From: Actinomycetes bacterium
GTDB taxonomy: Bacteria > Actinomycetota > CALGFH01
Assembly (NCBI GenBank): GCA_030146615.1
Contig: JASLBL010000239.1
Coordinates: forward strand, 758 to 64,757
Direction: 5' to 3'
Length of the DNA stretch: 64,000 bases
Below the pieces are notes generated by a model, which worked only from the letters and a program-made list of their open reading frames with translations, was not told the origin of the DNA and did not search any database. Positions 45,623-55,545 of this stretch are shown here, piece by piece (positions within the stretch are counted from its first letter, which is position 1; each line of letters starts with the position of its first letter). A program made the translations under genes and the position numbers.

Positions 45623-46330
45623 TCAGCTGTCGCGGGTCAAGGTGACGCAGCAGCGTCCGGGCTGTGGGTCCAGCACCGCCCGGACGGTCGGCGGGTCGCC
45701 GTCGACCTGGTCGGTGAGGGCTTGGAGCATGGCGTGGTTGGCTCCGCAGACCAGCTCGCGGTGGTGGGCGGCGATGCGGTCGAAGGGGCAGTTGCGGAGC
45801 CGGATGGTGCCATCGGGGTCGTCGTAGGGCTCGTAGCCGCGGGCGGCTAGCGCCTGGCGGGCCGCGGCAAGGACCTGGTCGGGGTCGCCATGGGGCGCGG
45901 TGCAGCTGACCGCCTCGGTGCCGAGCTCGGCGCCCAGGGTGGCGGCGGCGCGGTTGAGCGCGGCCTTGGCGGCCCCGGAGGGGTCGGCCTCGACGGCGCC
46001 GGCGAGGAGCTCGGCGAGGGCGGCGTAGTCGCGGGCGGGCAGGCTGAGCTCGAGCTGGCGGTCGGCGCGGACGTAGTGCTTGGCCGGGCGGCCGGCGCCG
46101 GGCCCGCGGCGGCCGCTGCGCCGGTGGTAGCGGGGCTCCAGCAGGCCGTCGTCGACGAGCTTGTCCAGGTGGTAGGCGGCCAGGGGCCGGCTGATGCCGG
46201 CGGCGTGGGCGGCCTCGTCGCGGCTGACGGGGACGCCGCGTTCGGCCACGTGCCGGTAGAGGGCGCGGCGGATGGGGTCGCCCAGGCCGGCGAGGCCGGT
46301 GAGCTGCTGGTCGACGTTGGTGAGGTCCAT
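45623..46330 (-). CDS. winged-HTH (HTH_20/ArsR-like) transcriptional regulator
   Basis: N-terminal LGDPIRRALYRHVAERGVPVSRDEAAHAAGISRPLAAYHLDKLVDDGLL wHTH; 235 aa. Confidence 0.7.
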   Translation of the reverse strand: MDLTNVDQQLTGLAGLGDPIRRALYRHVAERGVPVSRDEAAHAAGISRPLAAYHLDKLVDDGLLEPRYHRRSGRRGPGAGRPAKHYVRADRQLELSLPARDYAALAELLAGAVEADPSGAAKAALNRAAATLGAELGTEAVSCTAPHGDPDQVLAAARQALAARGYEPYDDPDGTIRLRNCPFDRIAAHHRELVCGANHAMLQALTDQVDGDPPTVRAVLDPQPGRCCVTLTRDS

Positions 46331-46354
46331 GCGTCCATTCTAAAACAAAAGATC

Positions 46355-46384
46355 CTTGACAGCTAGCCTCAGGGCCGTCTATAA
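46355..46384 (+). promoter_or_regulatory. consensus sigma-70-type promoter TTGACA-N18-TATAAC in an AT-rich island
   Basis: ccTTGACAgctagcctcagggccgtcTATAACaaag, ~30 nt upstream of a strong SD (GAGGAGGAAGG) and ATG at 46416. Divergent from the HTH_20 regulator. Confidence 0.5.
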
Positions 46385-46415
46385 CAAAGACAAGTTCCTG
46401 ATAGAGGAGGAAGGC

Positions 46416-46523
46416 CATGACCACCACCGTCCGTCCCCGCACCTCAGCCGCCATCCACGACCCCGCGTACCAGGCCTACCTGACCCTGCGGACCGGGTTC
46501 ATCGTGGCTCCCATCCTGGCCTG
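46416..46523 (+). CDS. 35-aa ORF (MTTTVRPRTSAAIHDPAYQAYLTLRTGFIVAPILA) with a strong SD; possibly a truncated DoxX-like N-terminus or leader peptide
   Basis: Perfect SD spacing and promoter just upstream; below the ORF-track size cut-off. Confidence 0.3.
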
Positions 46524-46611
46524 ACGACGCCGCAGAGCGAGCGGGGTTGTCAACCGGTCAACGCCGCTCATCTGCCCGCGCTGTCGACCAACCTCCGCGA
46601 AAGGGCCCGAC

Positions 46612-47247
46612 ATGTCCGCTGCCGCCCACCCCATGCCCGAGCAGCCCATACCGCTCGGCAGCCGGAAGCTGGAGGTCGTCGGCCGCTCCCCAGCGGTCGA
46701 CCTGGTCCGGGCCGAGCGGGCGGTGGCCGAGCTGCTGGCCGCGCTCGGCCAGGACCCCTTGTCCGAGCGGCTGCTGGACACGCCGCGGCGGGTCGCCGCC
46801 AGCTACGCCGAGCTGCTCACCCCGGCACCGTTCACCCTGACCACCTTCCCCAACGACGAGGGCTACGACGAGCTGGTCCTGGCCAGGGCCATCCCGTTCC
46901 ACTCGCTGTGCCAGCACCACCTGCTGCCGTTCACCGGCCTCGCCCACGTGGGCTACCTGCCGGACGGGCGGATCCTGGGGCTGTCGAAGCTGGCCCGGGT
47001 GGTCGAGCTGTTCGCCCGCCGCCTGCAGGTCCAGGAGCGGCTCGCCACCCAGGTCGCCGACTGGCTCCAGGCCCACCTGGAGCCCAAGGGCGTCGGGGTG
47101 GTGCTGGAGGCCGAGCACCTGTGCATGTCGCTACGGGGCGTGCGGGCGGCCGGCGCCCGCACCGTCACCTCCGCCCTGCACGGCCTGCTCCGCACCGACG
47201 AACGCTCGCGCCAGGAGTTCCTGGCCCTGGCCCGCACCGCCACCTGA
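46612..47247 (+). CDS. folE: GTP cyclohydrolase I
   Basis: LCQHHLLPF and HLCMSLRGV FolE active-site motifs; 211 aa. Confidence 0.9.
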   Translation: MSAAAHPMPEQPIPLGSRKLEVVGRSPAVDLVRAERAVAELLAALGQDPLSERLLDTPRRVAASYAELLTPAPFTLTTFPNDEGYDELVLARAIPFHSLCQHHLLPFTGLAHVGYLPDGRILGLSKLARVVELFARRLQVQERLATQVADWLQAHLEPKGVGVVLEAEHLCMSLRGVRAAGARTVTSALHGLLRTDERSRQEFLALARTAT

Positions 47248-47266
47248 CCACCGACAAGGAGCTCCG

Positions 47267-48529
47267 ATGCCCACCAAGCAGACAATTGTGATCGTCGGCG
47301 CCGGGCTGGCCGGCGCCAAGGCGGCCGAGACCCTGCGCCCCGAGGGCTTCGACGGCCGCCTGCTCCTCCTGGGTGAGGAGGCCGAGCAGCCCTACGAGCG
47401 CCCGCCGCTGTCCAAGGCCTACCTGCGCGGCGAGACCGGCCGCGACAGCCTCTACGTGCACCAGGACGGGTTCTACGCCGACAACGAGATCGAGCTGCGC
47501 ACCACGACCCGGGTCGACTCGATCGCCACGTCCGGCCACCACGTGGAGCTGGCCTCGGGCGAGCGCATCGGCTACCAGCGGCTGCTGCTGGCCACCGGCT
47601 CCGTCCCGCGCCGCCTGCCCCTGCCCGGGGTGGAGCTGGACGGCGTCCACTACCTGCGCACCCGCCAGGACGCCGACGTGCTCGCGGCCGCGGCCCGGCG
47701 GGCCCAGCACGTCGTGGTGGTCGGGACCGGCTGGATCGGCAGCGAGGCCGCCGCCTCCCTGCGCCAGCTCGGCCGGGACGTCACCCTGCTCGGCCCCGAC
47801 AGCGCGCCGCTGGCCCGGGTGCTCGGCCCCGAGATCGGACGCATCTACCGCGACCTGCACGCCGACCACGGCGTCCGGCTCGCCCTCGGCACCCGGGTCG
47901 CCGGCCTGCTCGGCAACGGCCGCGTCGAGGCGGTCCTCACCGACGGCGGTGACACCATCGAGGGCGACCTGGTGCTGGTCGGCGCCGGCGCCGCTCCGCG
48001 GACCGAGCTGGCCGAGGCGGCCGGCCTGCCAGTCCGTGACGGGGTGCTGGTCAACGAGCGACTGGAGGCCGCCGGGGCGGCCGGCGTGTATGCCGTCGGC
48101 GACGTCGCCGCCGCCTGGCATCCCCGCTACCAGACCTACCTGCGCGTCGAGCACTGGGCGAACGCGCTCAACCAGGGCCCGGCCGCAGCCAGGAACATGC
48201 TCGGGATCCCCACCGCCTATGTGCGGCTCCCCTACTTCTACTCCGACCAGTACGACCTGGGCATGGAGTACTCCGGGTTCGCGGCCGACTGGGACCGGGT
48301 GGTCGTCCGTGGCGACCTCGCCACCCGGGAGTTCATCGCCTTCTGGCTCAAGGGCCAGCGGGTCGTCGCCGGGATGAACGCGAACGTCTGGGACGTGGCC
48401 GAGCCGATCCAGACCCTGATCCGCAGCGGGCTGCCGGTCGACCCGACGCGGCTCGCCGACCCCGACATCTCCCTGGACCAGGTGACCGGCGAGCACGCCG
48501 GACAGCTGGCGGCCACGAGCACCCGATGA
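47267..48529 (+). CDS. FAD/NAD(P)-dependent ferredoxin-reductase-family oxidoreductase
   Basis: IVIVGAGLAG (FAD), VVVVGTGWIGSE (NAD), GDVA; 420 aa; putidaredoxin-reductase-like architecture. Confidence 0.8.
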   Translation: MPTKQTIVIVGAGLAGAKAAETLRPEGFDGRLLLLGEEAEQPYERPPLSKAYLRGETGRDSLYVHQDGFYADNEIELRTTTRVDSIATSGHHVELASGERIGYQRLLLATGSVPRRLPLPGVELDGVHYLRTRQDADVLAAAARRAQHVVVVGTGWIGSEAAASLRQLGRDVTLLGPDSAPLARVLGPEIGRIYRDLHADHGVRLALGTRVAGLLGNGRVEAVLTDGGDTIEGDLVLVGAGAAPRTELAEAAGLPVRDGVLVNERLEAAGAAGVYAVGDVAAAWHPRYQTYLRVEHWANALNQGPAAARNMLGIPTAYVRLPYFYSDQYDLGMEYSGFAADWDRVVVRGDLATREFIAFWLKGQRVVAGMNANVWDVAEPIQTLIRSGLPVDPTRLADPDISLDQVTGEHAGQLAATSTR

Positions 48530-48680
48530 CTAGGCTGCACCAACTCCACAACCTGCACGGCCAGGGCCTCTGGCTGGGACAACCGCACCCGCGGCGATGT
48601 CACCGGCGACCATCCGGTGTGGCACCGGTCCGAGACCGATGTGCTCCCGGGCCGGCACGACCGACGAGAGAAGTGATGAC

Positions 48681-49787
48681 ATGAGCAAGCTCCAGCGCCT
48701 ATACGACGAGCAGGGCCAGAGTCCCTGGCTCGACAACCTGACCCGGGAGTATCTCCGCGACGGGACGCTCGGCCGGCTGGTGGCTGACGGGATCCGGGGG
48801 GTGACGGCCAACCCGACGATCTTCGCCAGGGCCATCGAAGGCTCCGACGCCTACGACGAGCAGTTCGCGACGCTCATCGCCCAGGGGCGTCCGGTGACGG
48901 ACGCCTACTGGGACCTGGTCGTGGACGACATCGTCGACGCGCTGGGTGTGCTGCGACCGACCTTCGATTCCAGCGCAGGCATCGACGGGTTCGTGTCGGT
49001 CGAGGTCGCACCGGAACTGGCCCGCGACACCGATGCCACCATCGCTGCTGCCCGCCAGCTGCACGAGCGGATCGCCCAGCCGAACCTGTTCGTGAAGATC
49101 CCGGCCACCGGCGAGGGCGTGCCCGCCGTCCAGGCGATGATCGCCGAGGGACGAAGCATCAACATCACACTGATCTTCTCGCTGGCCCGCTACGCCGAGG
49201 TGATCGACGCCTACCTCTCCGGGCTCGAGACCCTCGCCGAGGGAGGCGGCGACCTCACCTCGGTGCACAGCGTGGCGTCGTTCTTCGTCAGCCGGGTCGA
49301 CACCGAGGTCGACCGTCGCCTGGACGCCATCGGCACCAGCGACGCGCTCGCGCTGCAAGGCCAGGCCGCGGTCACCCAGGCCAAGCTCGCCTACCGGCTG
49401 TTCCGTGACCGCTTCGCCGGCGAACGGTGGGAGCGGCTGGCGGCCCGGGGCGCACACGTGCAGCGACCCTTGTGGGCGTCGACGTCGACCAAGAACTCCT
49501 CGTACCCCGACACCATCTACGTCGACAGCCTCATCGGGCCCGACACGGTCAACACCCTGCCCGAGGCGACCATTGCCGCGTTCGAGGACCACGGCACCAT
49601 CGCCCGAACCCTCGACAGCGGTGTCGCCGAGGCCGGCGCGGTGATGGACACGCTGGCCGAGGTCGGTGTGGACATGGACGACGTCGGACAGACCCTCGAA
49701 GACCAGGGCGTGGCCAGCTTCCACCAGTCGTTCGCCCACGTCCTCCAGGCCCTCGAGAGCAAGGCGCGCCAGCTGGCGCCGCGCTGA
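48681..49787 (+). CDS. tal: transaldolase (actinobacterial long form)
   Basis: MSKLQRLYDEQGQSPWLDNL..., FVKIPAT...; 368 aa from the ATG at 48681. Confidence 0.85.
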   Translation: MSKLQRLYDEQGQSPWLDNLTREYLRDGTLGRLVADGIRGVTANPTIFARAIEGSDAYDEQFATLIAQGRPVTDAYWDLVVDDIVDALGVLRPTFDSSAGIDGFVSVEVAPELARDTDATIAAARQLHERIAQPNLFVKIPATGEGVPAVQAMIAEGRSINITLIFSLARYAEVIDAYLSGLETLAEGGGDLTSVHSVASFFVSRVDTEVDRRLDAIGTSDALALQGQAAVTQAKLAYRLFRDRFAGERWERLAARGAHVQRPLWASTSTKNSSYPDTIYVDSLIGPDTVNTLPEATIAAFEDHGTIARTLDSGVAEAGAVMDTLAEVGVDMDDVGQTLEDQGVASFHQSFAHVLQALESKARQLAPR

Positions 49788-50265
49788 CATGGATTGGAAT
49801 GGCTGGGCGCTGTTCGGCCTCGTCGCCACCGCCGCCCTGACCGCGGTGATGATCATGGCCCAGCTGGCCGGGCTGACCCGACTCGACCTGCCGCTGCTGC
49901 TCGGCACCATCGTCACCGAAGACCCCGACCGGGCCCGGGTCGCCGGGTTCTTCCTCCATCTGGTGATCGGACAAGGGTTCGCCCTGGGCTATGCCGCCAG
50001 CTTCTCGCTGCTGGACCGGGCCACCTGGTGGCTGGGCGGGCTGCTCGGGCTGCTCCATGTCGCGGTCTCCCTCACCGTGCTCGTCCCCCTCCTTGAGGGC
50101 GTGCACCCGCGTATGGCGTCGCACCGGGCCGGTCGATCCTCGACCGCGGTGCTGGAGCCGCCGGGGCTGCTCGGCCTCAACTACGGCGGCCAGACCCCCG
50201 TCGTCACCATCGCCGCCCATCTCACCTACGGCGTCGCCCTCGGCGTTCTCCTCCAGGTCCACTGA
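49788..50265 (+). CDS. 158-aa membrane protein of unknown function
   Basis: ATG 1 nt after the transaldolase TGA (TGACATGG); 4 TM segments. Confidence 0.5.
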
Positions 50266-52081
50266 CATGGGCCATCTGTTCCCGACCGCCGTCGAGGCGG
50301 CCCGGCCCATCGAGGACTACGGGCTGCTCGGTGACACTCGCACCGCAGCACTTGTCGGCTCCGACGGCGCCGTCGACTGGCTCTGCGTCCCCCGCTTCGA
50401 CGGCCAACCCGTGTTCGGCCGCCTGGTCGGCGGGCCGGCGGCGGGCACCTTCCGCATGGGGCCGGCTGGAGCGGCCACGGTCATCGCCCGCCGCTACCGG
50501 CCCCACACCGCCACCCTTGCAACGACCTGGGACACGCCGGGCGGGCAGCTCAGCCTGACCGAGGGGATGATCGCCGACGTCACCGGCCAGTTGCTGCCGT
50601 CCAACCTGCTGGTACGCCGGCTCACCGCCACCAATGGCCCGGTTAACGCCGTGATCGAGTTCGATCCCCGCCTCGGCGAACAACACCGGCTACCGCGCAT
50701 CGAGTACCGCGGCGACGTCGTCGTGTGCAGCTGGTCGACCACCGCCCTCGCGTTGCGCTCATCGCCGCCGCTCCGCCTCCAAGTAGGACGACCGGCGACG
50801 GTGCGTGTCGCGCCCGGTCGGCCCGTCACCCTCGCGCTCAGCGTCGCCGACCGCGAACCGCTGATCTATGTCGACCCCGACGCGGCCTGGGCAGCACTGG
50901 CGGCCGACGAACACGGCTGGCGGACCTGGTGTGCCGACATCGACGGCGACCTCCCACACCGCGACGCGGTGGCCCGCAGCCTGCTCACCCTGCGCCTGCT
51001 GACCTACTCCCCGTCGGGGGCGCCGGTCGCGGCACCGACAACCTCGCTCCCAGAGGATCCCGGCGGGATCCGCAACTGGGACTACCGCTACGCCTGGCCC
51101 CGCGACGCCAGCATCGGCATCGGCGCCTTCCTCGGCGTCGGCAAGCACGACGAGGCCCGCCATTTCCTGGCCTGGCTGCTCCACGCCAGCCGCCTGGACC
51201 GGCCCCGCCTCCCCGTCCTGCTCACCCTCCACGGCCGCCACCCGACCGCGGAACGGGAACTCGACGGCTGGCCCGGCTACGCCCACAGCCGCCCGGTCCG
51301 CGTCGGCAACGGCGCCGCCAACCAGCACCAGCTCGACGGCTACGGCTGGGTCCTTGACGCCGCCTGGCTCCTCACCCGCGCCGGCCATCGCATCGACTCC
51401 GAGACCTGGCGGGCCATGCGCGGCTTCGCCGACGACGTCGCGAAACGGTGGCGTGAACCCGACGCCGGGATCTGGGAGATCCGCGGTGATGGCGCCCACC
51501 ACGTGCACTCCAAGCTCATGGCCTGGCTCGCCCTCGACCGTGCCCTGCGCATCGCCTCCACCCGCCGCACCCCGGCCCGGCACGTCGCACGATGGCACGC
51601 CGAGCGCGAGGCCATGGCCGCCGACATCATCGCTGCTGGCTTCAACCCCGAGCTCGGCAGCTACACCCGCACCTACGGCGCCAACGATCTCGACGCCGCC
51701 GTGCTCGTCATTCCCCTCCTCGGCCTCGAACCGCGCGACTCGCCGCGGGTCCGGGCCACCATCGAGGCCGTGCGCCGCAAGCTCAGCGCCGGCGGCCCAC
51801 TGCTGTACCGCTACCCGCCCGGCCAAGACGGCCTGCCCGGCACCGAAGGCGCCTTCCTCCCCTGCTCGTTCTGGCTGGTCCAAGCCCTCGCCAGCACAGG
51901 CCGCGTCGACCAAGCGACCCAGCTGTTCGCCGACCTCCTCGACCTCGCCAACCCACTCAGCCTCCTACCCGAGGAGATCGACCCCGGGACCCGCGGCTAC
52001 CTCGGCAACTACCCCCAAGCCCTGACCCACGCCGCACTCGTCCAAGCCGCCCTGGCGATCCGCGACGCTCACCCGACTTGA
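50266..52081 (+). CDS. glycoside hydrolase family 15 (glucoamylase/trehalase-like)
   Basis: 605 aa; GIRNWDYRYAWPRDAS and (alpha/alpha)6 domain pattern. ATG 1 nt after the upstream TGA (TGACATGG again). Confidence 0.8.
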
Positions 52082-52229
52082 CCAGACCGCATCGTCGCCA
52101 ACACGTCCACCGCCTTCGCTCAGCAGACGCAGCACCGGAGCGTCGGCATTGCGTCAGGGCCCTGGCTCTCCGAGCCTGAAGCGCTCGCCGGTCCGCGCCG
52201 CCCGTTCCTGGAGGCCGACTCGGCTCGGC

Positions 52230-52568
52230 TCAGCCCCTGATCAGATCGGCAAGCACCGCGGCCTCGCTGATCTCAGCATGCCTGGTCGCGGTGGGCAGCG
52301 TCAGCGTCCCGCTCTCGGCCAGCTCCCCCAGGTGCTGTAGCACTTGGGCACGCTCGGCGTCCTTGAGTTCCTCGCGGTAACGGCGGCCGAACTCTTCAAA
52401 CCGTTCGGGGTCGTGGCTGTACCACTTGCGCAGCTCTGTCGACGGGGCGACCTGCTTGAGCCACAGATCGAGGCGAGCCTTGTCCTTGGTCAGCCCTCGC
52501 GGCCAGATGCGGTCGACCAGCACCCGGGTCCCGCCTTCTGACTCCGGCTCATCGTAGATTCGGCGCAC
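52230..52568 (-). CDS. DUF488-family protein
   Basis: RVLVDRIWPRGLTKDKARLDLWLKQVAPSTELRKWYSHDPERFEEF is the DUF488 signature. Confidence 0.75.
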   Translation of the reverse strand: MRRIYDEPESEGGTRVLVDRIWPRGLTKDKARLDLWLKQVAPSTELRKWYSHDPERFEEFGRRYREELKDAERAQVLQHLGELAESGTLTLPTATRHAEISEAAVLADLIRG

Positions 52569-52775
52569 CCGTACATCCGGCTTGCCGTGAGCGGAGACCC
52601 GAAGTGTCAGCCATCGTCACTCAGTTCCTCAGTTCCACATGCGAATGGGCGCATGGCGTGCCAGAAGACCTGCCAGGAATTTGGCCGTGTAGCCAGCGGA
52701 CCGGACAGCCCAGTCTGGTAGCTTCCGGATGCGGCTCCGTCAGGGTGCCGACACGCTCCGAAGCCTAGGCAGGAT

Positions 52776-53489
52776 GTGACAGCCATGCCCGCAAGGGACA
52801 GCTACTGGCTGCTGAGGATCGGAGCGGGCGCGGGCGTCCTCGGCGCGGTGTTCGCCGGAGTCGGCAACCTGCTGCATCCGATCACCCCGCGCGACGATCC
52901 GCCGGGGGTGGCACGCGTCATCGCCGACAGTGACCTCTGGACGCTCATCCATCTGGTCATCGTCATCGGCATCATCCTGATGCCGGCCGGCCTGCTCGCG
53001 GTTCGGCACTCGATCGCGCAGAACGGCTTCACCGACGCGCTCACGCGCCTTGGCATGTACGCGGCGACGATCGGTGCCACGGTTGGGGTGATCACGCTGA
53101 TCCTGGATGGCGTGGCGGCCAAGCAGCTGGCCGACCAGTGGGCGGCCGCACCTGAGCCCGCGAAGGCGGCCGCGCTCGGCCTGGTCTCGGCCAACGAGAC
53201 GGTCAACTTCGCCCTGGGCGGTCTGTTCAACCTGTCCTTCGCGGGCGTCCCCTACCTGCTCTTCGGTCTAGCCGTGGCCCGTGCCGGCAGCTACCCGCGA
53301 TGGCTCGGATGGGTGGCGTTCGCCGCTGGGATCGGATCGGTGCTCGCAGGGCTCATCCAGGCCCTTACCGGCAAGCCGACGACCCTCTCGCTGATCCTGA
53401 CCATCATCGGCCCCACCGTGGTCACACTGTGGACGCTGGTGATTGGAGTCCTCCTGTGGCGTCGATCCGCTAGCGCCGCGAAGGACTGA
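52776..53489 (+). CDS. DUF4386-family membrane protein
   Basis: 237 aa, 6 TM, pattern typical of DUF4386. Confidence 0.6.
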   Translation: MTAMPARDSYWLLRIGAGAGVLGAVFAGVGNLLHPITPRDDPPGVARVIADSDLWTLIHLVIVIGIILMPAGLLAVRHSIAQNGFTDALTRLGMYAATIGATVGVITLILDGVAAKQLADQWAAAPEPAKAAALGLVSANETVNFALGGLFNLSFAGVPYLLFGLAVARAGSYPRWLGWVAFAAGIGSVLAGLIQALTGKPTTLSLILTIIGPTVVTLWTLVIGVLLWRRSASAAKD

Positions 53490-53605
53490 ACTGCCATGCA
53501 GGCACGCTCACCTGCCACCACGGGGGCTGGGCGGAACGAACCTGGCGTGCTCGCGTTTAGCTGCCGTTGTTGATTCCGTCGGATCGTCTGGGATGATCCT
53601 GTAAG

Positions 53606-54016
53606 TCAGGCAACTCGGCCAGGTTTGGGTCGAGCGGGATCCTCGCCGCCGATCCCGGCGGCTACCAGGATGTCGGCCGGCCCGGCGCTGTTGGCCGCGT
53701 CGGCGGCCATCGTCATCGCGATCTCCGCCGCTGCCGTTGTGGCCTGCGGTGGGACCACCAGCAGGGCCACGCGATCCTGGCCCGCTCTGGTCACCCCGAT
53801 TGTATGGGCGTCCATATGGCGGAACCAGCCCACGCGGACGCGGCGACCAGCCACGGCCACGCGGCGGGGAGCGGTGTCCCAGGCGTCCAGGTTGAGCGCC
53901 ACCCGGGTGGTCGGTCCAAGGGAGGCGTCCAGACCCGCGATGAGGCCGGGGAGCTCGGCATCCGGATCCCGCGAGCGCGGCCACCAGCCACCGTCAACGG
54001 CTCCGGTGCCGGCCAT
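53606..54016 (-). CDS. DUF5994-family protein (N-terminal extent uncertain)
   Basis: DGGWWPRSRDPDAELPGLIAGLD...RVRVGWF...RVALLVVPP matches the actinobacterial DUF5994 pattern. Confidence 0.55.
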   Translation of the reverse strand: MAGTGAVDGGWWPRSRDPDAELPGLIAGLDASLGPTTRVALNLDAWDTAPRRVAVAGRRVRVGWFRHMDAHTIGVTRAGQDRVALLVVPPQATTAAAEIAMTMAADAANSAGPADILVAAGIGGEDPARPKPGRVA

Positions 54017-54167
54017 CGTGGGGTCCAGCTGCAGCCGCAGCCCCGGCCGCGCCGGCGGTCGGGTGGAAGGAGGAGCGGTGGTGGGGGTGGTGCTGGTGCT
54101 GGTCGCGGTCACGTCGTCGGCTCCGTTCTCGGTTCCGCATGGAACCGACCTGGTGAATGGGCTGGGG

Positions 54168-54527
54168 TCAGGCGGCTCGTGCTGGTGTCGGCTGGGGGCT
54201 GGGGTCGGGCAGCGGGATCGGTGCCGCAGGTGTTCGTGCGTCGCGCCGGCTGGCTGGCGGGTGGGTGTCGTGGCCAGGCCTGTTGGTGAGCCCGCTGAGC
54301 CAGTAGCCCACCGCCGGGCTGGACCAGGTCCGCGACCTGGTCGAGGACCATGGGGCGGTGTCGGTGGCGGCGGGGTCGGTAAGGAACTGCCAGATCGCCT
54401 GGGCGGCCGCATCGTCCAGACCATCGCGGTGGTTACCGCCTAGACGGTCCAGCTCACCGGCAACCTCGGTGGGTGGTCCGGTGTCGCTGTTATGGCTAAG
54501 CCGCGCGGGTGGGTAGTGGATCACCAT
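54168..54527 (-). CDS. 119-aa ORF with a good SD (GGAGGA), out of frame with and overlapping the DUF5994 ORF
   Basis: MVIHYPPARLSHNSDTGPPTEVAGELDRLGGNHRDGLDDAAAQAIWQFLTD... Could be the true N-terminus of a frameshifted DUF5994 gene. Confidence 0.3.
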   Translation of the reverse strand: MVIHYPPARLSHNSDTGPPTEVAGELDRLGGNHRDGLDDAAAQAIWQFLTDPAATDTAPWSSTRSRTWSSPAVGYWLSGLTNRPGHDTHPPASRRDARTPAAPIPLPDPSPQPTPARAA

Positions 54528-54678
54528 GGCGAGTCCTCCAAGGACCTAGCTGACCGGGGCGATGTGGTGAGCGCGGTGTCAGGTGCTGGTTGAGCTGCTG
54601 GCCGTCAGCGAGGGTCCTTGGATCTGGTTGATCGCTCGTTGCTGGTGCCCGTCGAGGATCCAGCACGCTGCACAGCGG

Positions 54679-54714
54679 GGAGACCGAAGGGGGGCGCGCC
54701 GTCGGCGCGCCCCG
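54679..54714 (-). terminator. GC-rich perfect hairpin (GGGGCGCGCC-n4-GGCGCGCCCC) immediately downstream of hsp20
   Basis: 10-bp perfect stem starting ~10 nt after the hsp20 stop; no U-tract, as is common in high-GC actinobacteria. Confidence 0.4.
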
Positions 54715-54721
54715 TCTCGGC

Positions 54722-55231
54722 TCAGCTGGGAGTGGTGTCCTCACTGCTTGCGTCAAGGATCCTTGCGGGACCCGGGCGCACCTGGATGCGCTTGGGCTTG
54801 GCCTCCTCGGCCTTGGGCACCACGATCTCCAGCACCCCGTTGTCGAACGTTGCCTCGATCTGCTCGGCCTGGACCTGGGCGGGCAGGGTGATTGACCGGC
54901 GGAAGCCGCCGTAGCGGCGCTCGACCCGGTGGAACTGCTGCTCGGAGGACTCCTGGGTGAACTGGCGCTCGCCCTGGATGGTCAGCAGGCCATCCTCCAT
55001 CGTGATCTGGAGGTCATCGGGCTCAACCCCGGGCAGCTCCACCATCACCAGGTAGGCGTCCTTGCGCTCGGAGATGTCCAGCGCTGGCGCCCAAGCCGTG
55101 GGCATGGCCCGAGCGTTGCCCCGCTGGGCGTGCAGGCCGAGCGCATGGGCGAGCATCGGGCTCATCTGGGCCATCTCGTCCGGGGCGCTGCGCAGGTCCT
55201 CGAATGGGTCCCATCGCATCATGGTGGTCAT
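54722..55231 (-). CDS. Hsp20/alpha-crystallin family small heat-shock protein
   Basis: 169 aa; alpha-crystallin domain (PALDISERKDAYLVMVELPGVEPDDLQITMEDGLLTIQGER...GVLEIVVPK). SD AAGGGAG. Confidence 0.9.
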   Translation of the reverse strand: MTTMMRWDPFEDLRSAPDEMAQMSPMLAHALGLHAQRGNARAMPTAWAPALDISERKDAYLVMVELPGVEPDDLQITMEDGLLTIQGERQFTQESSEQQFHRVERRYGGFRRSITLPAQVQAEQIEATFDNGVLEIVVPKAEEAKPKRIQVRPGPARILDASSEDTTPS

Positions 55232-55295
55232 CTGGTCTCCCTTGTTCGTGGGCCGTGGGGCCCAGCGGCTCGGGGAGACGCAGATCCGGGGGCCG

Positions 55296-55358
55296 GTGAT
55301 CAGCGTTCACTTCCGAGGAAACATTATTCAATATATGTGAACAGCGTTCACCTGTCAA
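55296..55358 (-). promoter_or_regulatory. hsp20 promoter TTGACA-N17-TATATT with a perfect inverted repeat GTGAAC-GCT-GTTCAC in the spacer and a second near-copy in the 5'UTR
   Basis: Minus strand reads cTTGACAggtgaacgctgttcacaTATATTgaataatgtttcctcggaaGTGAACGCTGATCACc. Operator 1 at 55337-55351, operator 2 at 55296-55310, centre-to-centre 41 bp. Confidence 0.55.
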
Positions 55359-55545
55359 GATCGCCGTTCAGGACCGGGGTGGTTGAGCAGGGACAGTTGG
55401 TTGCCGAGCTCGCGCAGGGACTCCTGATGGCGCGTGTCCAGTTCCGTTGCTGATATCTCGTCCATATGGTATGGATTTCATATCTTCTGAACCACGGAAG
55501 GTAGCGCACTTGGGGACGCGGTCCCCTCCAGATGAAGGGCTTGCC

